Under the pieces are notes generated by a model. It was given only the letters and a program-made list of their open reading frames with translations, did not search any database and had not been told where the DNA came from. Made by a program: the position numbers and the translations under genes. This document shows positions 54,290-64,000 of a stretch of 64,000 bases of DNA, piece after piece; position 1 is the stretch's first letter; each line of letters begins with the position of its first letter. This stretch comes from Lepidodermella squamata (lineage: Eukaryota > Animalia > Gastrotricha): NCBI GenBank assembly GCA_047495785.1, contig JBLDXI010000042.1, positions 2,666,001-2,730,000 of the forward strand. The letters run 5' to 3'.

Positions 54290-55880
54290 TAAGGCTCTGT
54301 GTGTTGCGCCCGCGGAATTCTTAAAATCGCCGCGGTGGTGCGCTGCGGAATAATGCGCGAGTGCGCGCGATTGTTTACCTTTCTGCTTAATAGTGTGCAG
54401 AGGTGCGGTGTTAAGACTTTTGACGCGGAAACCACTATTCGCGCCGCGGAAAAATTTAAAAATAGACGCGGAAAGTAGCGATGAATCCGCGGAATTAAAT
54501 CCATTAATCAGAATAACTTGGCGGCTGGTTTTTTTTTGCAAAAATCATCCACTGGCCACAGAACCACTTCGTCACGTTAGCTAAACGCGGCTGATAGCAA
54601 ACCGCTAGCACCTAGCGACTGGTATTAAAGCTCTATAATGGGCTAACTTTTTCGCGCAATGTCGGCCAGATATGCCGTAAAAGGGATGTTCGCTATCGGT
54701 GCGCATGAACTGGGTGTTCGGCGGCTGCGTACCTATGGGACTCGAAATGAGTTTATACCGGACTGCGCACGAGGGTGGCTATAGTAACACCGAAACAACC
54801 GCCCATTGCTAGCTCCTAGCACCTAATCGGGGTGGTTCGATAACCACTGAGACTGAGCCGAGCCATTTTACGACCCGTGTTACTCAGCTCTTTCCAAACG
54901 CTGGACGCTATTCCCCCGCCGACCCATTACAACATGTAGCAGTCAATTTCTTGAAAAACCGCGTTCGAATGAACCCTCTCCGTGCGCAGTTGTCACATTT
55001 TTATTGCCCTTATTGCAGGTCTGCAAGGCGCTCGCTCTCAAAAGCGGTGTTAATCCGCTAATCCCTAATCCGCGTCTCAAGAGTTCCGCCCCTCTTCGCC
55101 GCCCTAGCCCTCTGTATTGCGCTGTTGACGTGACTCGCTACCTCAGGACACCGGGCTGTGTAAACAGCTTTGGTCAATTTTGCCGATTGTTGTCGATTTC
55201 GTTGAAGTTTTTCGAAAGTTCTTCGAAAGTTTTCACACGGCGCGCAACTTGGCGCAACTTGCAAAAACTTGTCAATATCATCCCACTGGCTGAATTCGCT
55301 CATTTTTACGGTACCAAGAGCAACGGATATCGCTAGCGGCGCTTTGGTGGTGAAGATGTTTTACCGCCTTCTTTACCTGCGTATTACCTGACTCAGCGGC
55401 AACGGGTCAAGTCGACCCGCCGGTCACCAGTCACCTGTTGGGTCAGGTCACCGGTCTGGTACTAGTCGTGAGACCATGAGACGTACCAGGACGCCGAGGC
55501 TTGATAAAAGGGGCAAAAAACATCAGCTCGTGCCTCAAATCAATGCGACGAGCTCATGAATATGTAATCCGTTTCGCTTTACACATATTTTATTATAGGA
55601 GATTCGAAGCCTCGGCGTCCTGGCACGTCTCATGTTCGCGGCCGATCAGCCGCTGCCGATTGACCGGTTTTCAACCGAAATATGTCACAAAACTCAGAAA
55701 TTTTATAAATCGCGTCTTTTGTTTACTATTAGCGTCTTTTGACCGCGCGCATTCACCGATTTCAGCGGGAAGCGATTAAATAAGCGCGGCGGATTAACAT
55801 TTTGACCGCGCCTTCACAAATTCGCGGCGCGCGCACAAATTCCGCGTCATTTTACACATTTCAGCGTCGTGTTTACTTTG
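54290..55880. mobile_element. Probable degenerate non-autonomous DNA transposon
   Basis: CGCGGAA-rich left end and TTCCGCG/ACCGCG-rich right end in opposite orientation, with a GC-richer interior. No clean TIR or TSD identified. Confidence 0.35.
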
Positions 55881-56078
55881 GGCGTATTAAATAACTCTGC
55901 ATTTCGAACCAGAATTTACAATCATTGGGAAAAATACATAAAATAGGGAAAATAGATTGGCGCGCAACTATTTTAATGGAATGACTATAAAGACCTCTCA
56001 GTTCAACCACCAAGAAAAGTTTAGAGTAGAAAAAATGAGCATGACCTTTCTTTGAAATAATCAATCAAAAGGTCGTTA

Positions 56079-56668
56079 GCGTTTCGGTATAACTCTCCAT
56101 TTGACGGTAACTCCATCTCGCCATTGTTCTCTAGTTGCGGTAAACCATTTACCGTTAACGGCACTACCTCGACTCTGAAGCATACAAATACTCTCGCGCG
56201 GTAAAATTAATTTTTCTGCGGTAAATTCAGCTCATATTGTGGAGAAATAGAAATAATGGAGTCGGAACTGCGCGCTGCGACAAAGGTAGTGCACGCGCGC
56301 AGCCGCCAGCCGCTCGCGTCTTGGCTCGCGTTCTTACAATAGAGCGTGTTACGCAACCACTGTAGAGCATGAGTATAACAGAAAAGTTGCCTGTTGGTTT
56401 AGGGTGTTATAAAATGTCGCGTTGCCATGGTGTGCGCGGGGGATTCATCCATGCTTCTTGCGCTCGCTGTGTCAGTCTTACAGTAAGTGTAAAGACAAAA
56501 GCTTGCGTTAAATAGTAACTGCCACAAGTGCTTCTACGGTAAAACTAACGCCGCGTGCGGTAAAATTTACAAAGTGGCGGCGTTCGTTTTACCGCACATA
56601 CATTGAGGTGACCTTGTTTGCGCTGCGGTAAAATAATTACCGTCAAATGGAGAGTTATACCGAAACGC
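56079..56668. mobile_element. TA-flanked MITE with ~32-bp perfect TIR, containing a fragment related to the 32885 hAT MITE
   Basis: TA|GCGTTTCGGTATAACTCTCCATTTGACGGTAA ... TTACCGTCAAATGGAGAGTTATACCGAAACGC|TA; 56240-56360 resembles 32885-32995. Confidence 0.8.
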
Positions 56669-57307
56669 TAGCGAGGTGAAAGTTTAGATAAAAAAATGCA
56701 GGCCATTATCTGCCACTTACGGACGTCAAAATTGCGCCTAAACAAAAATCTAACGAAATGACCTGTATTTTTAGCCTGACCCACCTGTCGTTCCTGGCCT
56801 CACAGACCAAAATTCAGCAATACCTATTTTTCCAGGCTGATCTATGTTATGCAACTCTTACTAATATGTTTACAGCCTTCATTTCCGTTTCGCCTTCATG
56901 TAAGCATAAGGCATAACCTACTGCGTTTGCTACTGCCACTGCGGGTTCGGGTGACAAGATTTTCGATTATGCAGCCCTGCGACCTAGTGAAATTTACCCA
57001 GGTATAAATCCGGAACTTGCTCATGACCTTAACATTTGTCTAATTATTTTATAGGTATAATTAGCAGACTATACCTACTAATTTTTACTCATCATTTTGA
57101 GACCGTTGACTTTGCTCGATACTTTACGCGGCCTTGAATTTACTTTCGAGACTTCAGATATATCAGAGACAATATATCGAGCGCAAAATTTCGAAAGTCA
57201 AAAATATTACATCCGCTGTCACCGGAAATCAGCGCCAGCAGAAATCGCGTTCTCAACAGAAATGTCATTTCGTGTTTCCCGGAGATCAACATTCACACCG
57301 AAATATC

Positions 57308-58750
57308 ATGATTGCGGCAGCTACTGTTCTATTTTACCTGCAAGGAATTTTCGCGGCCCTTACATGCGATGATGTGGAAAAGATTTATGAACCAGCAGAG
57401 GTAAGCCTATTCCATTGGCTGAACAAACGATGCTCACTGAATGCCCTTGCTACTCCTGTTGTCGGCAATGAAACGCTAAACATGAAAGTCAACTTCGAAA
57501 TGTACAGATTTTACGAGCTGTCTACGCTCGAACAGAGGTACGAACACTGAGCACGAAAGTTATTTTTAATTTAACTAGTTTGACCTAGAATATCTTTAGT
57601 TGGCGAGCTCCAGTTTTTATGGACACATCCCTGTGCTCGATGGGATGAGATAGAAACTGAGCTTAAGGTCTCGGTGGAGGATGCTGAAGCTTGGGCTGCT
57701 ATGGACAGCATCGCGATTGACCCCAAAACCTCCATTTGGGTGCCTAGAGTTCAGGTAAACCAATTTTAAAAGACGTTAAATGTATCATATATTCATGTCA
57801 TATACGTCCCTACCAGCTAGTTAATGCGATAGAAGACACATTTGCGGTAAGCAGGTATCGTCAAAAAGCAACTTGAATTTTGAGGAGGCGTTTATTTTCT
57901 GAAAATTCCTGCAGATTCGGTAATGACATCACGCTAACTGCCACAAGGGAAGGCCAGTTTTTCTGGGAGCCTATGGGGCGCTTCGACGCTATTTGCGCAC
58001 AAGGTTTCATGCACCTTTTCGAACACACCTCATTTTCCTCTATTTTGATTACAGATCTATGGAACTTTCCTTTCGACACTCAGTGCTGCGAGCTCTGTAA
58101 GCCAATATATCTTTTACTCATGAAATGTTATTGCCCTATAATTTAATGCAGGGATTGAATCGTGGGAGGCAACCACTAAATTGAATTTTACAGAAGCTGA
58201 CTTCAGAATTTTTGAAAGGAAGACGTTCATGGATAAGAACAGTCTGTGGAAACTTTTGAGCATCGGTGGATCCCTAAGAAACATCAGCTACAACGGGGAG
58301 CCAGCGAATTACAGTCGGGCGACAATGGCAATCTGCTTGCAACGAAATGCCGTCTATTACGTAACATCGATCCTCATACCTAGCGGAGCCCTCTGCGTTC
58401 TCCAAATGTGCACGCTGATAATGAGCCCAAAAGCCAACGACAGGCCATATTTTGCTGTTAGTGTGGTATTGGCTGTAGTCTTCTTGACCACATACACGTC
58501 GAGTTTGATCCCAGTAACATCGCAATTAGTTCTCATCTCTTTCAACTTATCGTTTCAATTCAGTGCTGGAGTTTTTGTGGTCATTTACTGCATGATCACA
58601 GTTATTCTGAGTCATGACGATCGATTCACGCGAACAGATGACAAGAACAAGCTATCGCTGATACGCAAAATGGATGTTGCAGTTGGAATTACAACCGCCG
58701 GAACCTTTTTAATAGTGAATGGTTATGTTTACTGCAGTATTTTATCTTGA
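57308..58750 (+). CDS. L19: Cys-loop LGIC subunit, close paralog of L18
   Basis: EKIYEPAE, RCSLNA, WTHPC, LWNFPFDTQCC, ICLQRN, NDRPYF, IPVTS, IRKMD. Confidence 0.9.
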
Positions 58751-59225
58751 GAATGTAGTCCGATAGTGACGAGTCAAACTCTTACTTTTACTATATTCAT
58801 ACAGCTTTGCTTTGTTTCTCATGCAATCTAGCATATTCCATGCATTCGAATATCTCTTCATGATGTGATTCTTTATACCCGACACTAAAAGCCAAATGTT
58901 GATTCTCTGTGTCATTGAATGCTTCGCTGTGCAGATTCCGGTTGATGAGTAAACGATTTTTAGAATGTGGTTTTAATAATTTATCTCCAGGTATATCTCG
59001 TGTTGACAGTGATCAGACTGCTTCTTCCGATTGCTGCGCAATAAAACAGTCAGAGCAAATAAAATCTTAATTTGAACGGCTGATTAGAAATGAAGAGCTC
59101 TTGCGGTGATTAATATTAAATGGCTCTGTCCGTTCAATTTACGACGGCAAGTTTTGACCGCCCGATTTCAGTGTTCTATGGTTCTGGAATAATAATTCCC
59201 ATCTTTTTAATCATTAAAATTTAAA

Positions 59226-60566
59226 ATGATAAATCTGGTGATTATTGGATTGTTTCTTGGATGCGGCGAAGGGACATTTGTGAGCGAGGAAAAAGAGCTT
59301 TTCAGGTGGATCAAGGACAAATGTTCCTTGGAGGATGAACAAATCAGGCCAGTGGTTAAGTTCGAAGACCCTCTCGAAGTAAGAGCTGGTCTTGTACTTC
59401 TCAACTTTATCGAAATAGATGAAGGCCAGTCGACGTATGTGTTCAATATTTTCAAACATTTTGCCAAGAATATTTGGTAAAATTATATAGAGTCTCTTTA
59501 GTCATCGAGTTCCAAGCTGTTTATACGTTTCCATGCATTGCGTGGGGGAACGACTCATCAACAAAACAGTGGTCGCATATTCCGCAGATAATCACGAGCG
59601 ATGCCAGGGTGTACAAACCGACTATGTGGCTGCCAACTGCGCTAAATGGGATCAAGCTTCACGACGAGTATGACTATCAATGGCCATAAATCAATTCTAT
59701 AATTGCTGCTTCCATTTTACAGGCAGATATCTACTTTCTCAACATTCTACAGCCGAGATGGAACGGTAATGATTGATAACATGCGACCTCTTCTATTCAA
59801 GTGCAAAATCAATTATCGCAACTTCCCATTCGACAAAAGTGTATGTTTCTAGTCCCTGAAGAATTGTTTCTTCATTTAAATCCCACCCATGAAGCTTTGT
59901 TCCATTCGAATCGAGTCGGGCCTAGCAACTTACCTGGTGAATTACTCCCTCAGAGCGGTACCTTTCCAATTCCTGCACGAATTTCAGCTGGAAATATGGA
60001 ATTTAAGGAAGGTTGGTGCATCCTTAGAGCAGCAATATTACACTACGACGCCAGCTGGGTACTTCAACATATTGTTATTCGAGTTTGAAATCAGTAGGCG
60101 ACCCAATTTCCACGTTATCACCTTGATATGCCCGTGTCTAGTGCTGCAAATCCTGCAATTATCCGCAGTCCTCATGCCACCAAGAATGCCAGACCGTCCT
60201 ACTTACTCTGTGACTGTGATGCTTGCGTTTTCAGTGCTACAAACTGCAGTAACTGACGAAGTCCCTCGAACATCCCAGACAATCCTTTTCATTGTCAATC
60301 TTTGCGTTCAAGTTATCATTGGGATGTGCTGCATCGTGTACTCATTGTTATCTTGTGCATTAGCTCGTGAAGATTACTATTGCGAAAATGTCCACATCTC
60401 GCGAATCAAATTCTTTGCAAGAAAATCTGAAGCTTCTCACGCGGTTGAAACCCCATTCGCCATTTCGCGGATAAGGCTGATTGATTGTGTGTTTTTCAGT
60501 GTTTTAATTGTTATCGCTCTCATTGTTAACATTGTGACATTTTCTGAGATGAGCGGCTCACAGTAA
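59226..60566 (+). CDS. L20: Cys-loop LGIC subunit, related to L5
   Basis: KCSLEDEQIRPV, YTFPC, WLPTAL, CKINYRNFPFDKS|LC, ISRRPNFH, ICPC, PDRPTYS, VPRTS, IRLID. Confidence 0.9.
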
Positions 60567-60674
60567 TTAGCAATTAAAAATCCGCCAGCAATGCAAGCTG
60601 TAATGATTTTTAAACAGAGACTCGCTCTTAAGGCTTGCTTACAATCAGCTTCAACCCGTGAAATTGCAAGTAAA

Positions 60675-61936
60675 ATGAAGAAATCCGGAATTGTCGCCTT
60701 GATCGCTTTCATTTGCCCATACCTCGTTTGCCGAGCAGCCGATGATGTATTTCTCCCAGAAGAGCAAGAGCTAAAGGATTGGCTGTATGCTAAATGCGAT
60801 TTGCTGACAAACTCACGTCCAATCGAGAACTTCTCTGAGCCCCTGTTCGTAAAAGCTCGGACTGTTCCTTATGGGTTCCGTTCCCTCGAGGACAAAAGCC
60901 AGAGTTTTTCAATGCTAGTCGAGCTAGATTTCTCGTGGAAGCATCCGTGCATCTCATGGGGCCAGCCAAATACTAACTCCTCGCGATACGCGCACATTCT
61001 TCGCATCCAGGACAATGCAGACAAGTTTTGGCGAGTCCAACTCATGCATGTTAACGCCGTCTCAGATGCGAATTTCCTAGCGACGTATGAATTTAGTAAT
61101 GCACAAGAATTACTGGCCTAAAGTTACTTTTTCAGCATTGCTGAATTAACTCCGATGTACATTTTCAAAGATGGAACCATGACCTGGCAAGTGGTCGCAA
61201 GTGTTGACTCTCATTGCGAACTGATGTAAGACCTTAAAACCCCTTCTTGATTCACGTTCTAAATCAATTTCAATTCAGGCTGAAGAAATTTCCCTTTGAC
61301 ATACAGACATGCTCGATAATTTTTGAAAATTACGTCGAGTCCTTCTACATCAGGATGGTGCTGGATGGCAACGGAATCGATATGATGGAGGCTTTGGGAG
61401 ACTTCGTCGATCCTGGAGAAATTTGGGAGTTGATCAAAATCAACGCAACAGCTGGAAAGCAAAAATACGCTGGTTGGGATGGCGACTACGACAGGGTTTA
61501 CTACACGTTCACGTTCCGAAGGAAACGGGAGATGTACATAACCGGACTATTCTTACCCACGACTTGCCTCATGGTCCTCCAACTAAGTTCTGTTTGGATC
61601 CCACCGAAATACCCAGAACGACCGTCGTATGGAATTACGGTTCTACTGGCGTTCGTTATTTACCAATCAGTTATAGGAGAATCGATACCGAGTTCGTCGG
61701 AAACTCCGTACGTTTCCAGCAACATTGCTGGCCAAGTCGCCATCGGCATGATTTGCACGATCTACTCTTTGATGACATGCGAACTAGTAAGATGGGACTA
61801 TTTCAAGGCTGAAACTACTGCTTTCTGTGGTTCGGAAATGACTCGCCTACGAGTCTTGGACTTTATTTTCTTCGGACTTATGTGCCTAGTTTCAATTCTT
61901 TTGAATCTGATCGTTCTTTTACTCATGATGTCTTAA
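60675..61936 (+). CDS. L21: Cys-loop LGIC subunit
   Basis: KCDLL..RPI, WKHPC, HVNAV, LKKFPFDIQTC, FENYV, KYAGWDGDYDR, PERPSYG, IPSSS, LRVLD. Confidence 0.9.
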
Positions 61937-62015
61937 ACATATCAACCTTCTGCTTTTGATCTCGGCCAGTTTTTCAAAATAATGGTCCTGAATAAAATTC
62001 ATCGTTTAATTTGTT

Positions 62016-63303
62016 TTACAAAGGAGCCATCAATGCAAATATTACAATATTTACCAGTATGGTTAGTCCAGTCATCACTAAAAAGAATATCAAGTCTGCT
62101 AGCCTAATTCGAGAAATCCGCCACTTGGCATAGCCAAATAGGCAGAGTGATTCGTTGAAACTTTCGATATGAGCTAGATTACAAGAGACTGTTGTGTAGA
62201 CAGTGCAGATCATTCCTATGACAATTTGTGCGTCAACATACATAGTTATAAAGGGAGTGACGGATGACTTGGGTATCGTTCCATCGATGACACTCTGTAG
62301 GATGAAAAATGCCAGAAGAACTGTTATGCTGTAGCAAGCTCGGTCAACCGCTTCTGGAGGTAGAAATCCGGTTGAGAGCTGAAGTGCCATTAGACAGAAG
62401 CAAGGTAAGAAAAGGCTGGATATGTAGAGATGAAACTTTCGCTTGAAGGTGAAATTGAAGAAAATCCTATCATATTCGCCGTCCCATCCACTGTATTTTT
62501 GCTGTTTGATTGATGTGTTAACCGCAATCAACTCCCAAATTTCACCCTCATCAACAAAGTCGCCAAGTGCTACTTGGACCTGGATACCGGGGCCATCCGG
62601 TTGTAATTGAATCATAAATGTTTCGAAGTAACTCTCAAGAACAATCGAGCATGTTTGAGTATCGAAAGGAAACATCAAGAATCTGATTTTAGCAAGGTTA
62701 TCTAGAAAGTGGGAAATAATGTAAACAAATCTACCTTAAATCACAAGTTGAATCAATTGTCGCAACAATTTGCCACGTCATTTTTCCATTACTGAAGATA
62801 TACATGGGCGTGTACTCTGATATCCTAGCAACATAGATCTTCAATATTGAAAACTGGCACAAGTTCACTCTTGCTTACTGTGATAGAAAATTGGCATCAG
62901 AAGCTGCATTGTTGTGAGTCAACTGAGCTCGCCAGAATTTACTAGCAGTGTCCTGAAATCCTGTAATCGCCGCGTATTCGGCTGTTTCCTCTGTATGCCC
63001 CCATTTCACACAAGGATGATACCATGACAGATCTAACTCGGCAAGAATCGAGAAAATCTGATCGCGGTCGTTGATCTGACGGAAGTCGTATGGCAGCACC
63101 TGGGCTTTGATCACTAACGACTCAGTGTAGTTTATGACAGGGCGAGTTTGATCTAGTAAATTGCATTTCTCGTACAGCCAGTCTTTCAAAATCCTCTCCT
63201 GTGTCAGAAACGATCCATTCTTTGGTGGTCCTATTCGTTCACTTAGGGCTGAGAGGCAAATTAGGACGGAAAAAGTTAAAAATGCTGGTAATACATGCGT
63301 CAT
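62016..63303 (-). CDS. L22: Cys-loop LGIC subunit, inverted paralog of L21 (alternative upstream ATG at 63324)
   Basis: KCNLL..RPV, WYHPC, HNNAA, FLMFPFDTQTC, LESYF, KYSGWDGEYDR, VDRACYS, IPKSS, IRLAD. Confidence 0.9.
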
Positions 63304-64000
63304 GTCACATGACTGCAGATCCATAACGCCGAAAAGTGATCACATACACGTAGCGCGTGTGGGCAGAAATCACTCCCGTTCCAATTTGTACCATATACAC
63401 CTGCTAATTTATGAACGATGATTCCGGTGTTTGATTAGAGATTTCAGCATGCATGAGTAAACATGCCGCTTCAGTATTGCTCAATGCGGCACGTGTGAAG
63501 CGTTCGATTTCGGGCAAACAACTTGTGTCGCGAAGAGCATGCATTGTACCTCGCCAAATTGTTCATTATTCTCTAAGCAATTTTACAAGTTTTTTGAAGA
63601 CAGGCATCAGAACGCGGCTTTCATCAAGAGCATGGGAATTGCATGGCAAGCACAATTTTAGACTTTAGACTTTACAAGAAAGTGAGCGATTGATAAATTT
63701 ATACACAGGGAACTAGCCACGCTCCATATGGTTAATTTTTAGTTTCTGCCTAGTTATTTCGACCTGTGCATATAGACTTCAGTGAAACTAAATCATTCTT
63801 AGTTGTGAAAAGAGAAAAAGACATAATCGGATATCGACCGGTTGTAGGTTGTAGATATGTTGTAGCATAGCTGGAAGTTGAATTTGTTGGTAGCAAATGA
63901 CGCATTGTGAATCAAAATAAATTTAATACGTTTAAAATGTTTCACAGCGATAATAATTTTTTACACGACTTATGTTTTATTCATATGATATGAAGCCGTG

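Noticed and set aside
55058-55303. 81-aa minus-strand ORF with CxxC as a transposase relic
   Set aside because: Too short, with no diagnostic catalytic motif; a profile search would be needed.
55395-55460. Cluster of RGGTCA half-sites as a response element for the local nuclear receptor
   Set aside because: Lies in probable transposon sequence with no canonical spacing; chance cannot be excluded.
1464-63303. Naming the LGIC genes as nAChR alpha or 5-HT3 orthologs
   Set aside because: No loop-C Cys-Cys, no loop-A Tyr and a short intracellular loop; orthology cannot be assigned without phylogeny. The TQCC in L14, L18 and L19 is in the Cys-loop, not loop C.

Overview
Compact invertebrate (animal) genomic DNA with short spliceosomal introns, mostly ~45-70 nt; the species cannot be identified from the sequence. 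The window is dominated by a tandem array of 22 divergent Cys-loop (pentameric ligand-gated ion channel) subunit genes, labelled L1-L22 here: 20 look intact, one lacks its 5' half in this window, one is a pseudogene. All have the C-x13-C FPFD-type loop and a short M3-M4 loop. None has the vicinal loop-C cysteines of nicotinic alpha subunits. They show diversified ligand-pocket loops, two co-varying cysteine pairs, and an unusual M2 start (D-R-P-Y-F in most of an 11-gene subclade), which suggests a lineage-specific, possibly chemosensory, receptor expansion. Embedded in the array are a nuclear receptor with two DNA-binding domains and a ~15 kb block flanked by a ~1.8 kb segmental duplication. 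That block holds a divergent RNA polymerase II largest-subunit copy (trigger-loop His->Tyr, stop before the CTD), a decayed LINE and an aberrant aquaporin. Several MITEs (hAT-like, piggyBac-like, TA-flanked) and two copies of a LINE 3' tail are also present. Gene models were spliced by eye, so boundaries are approximate.
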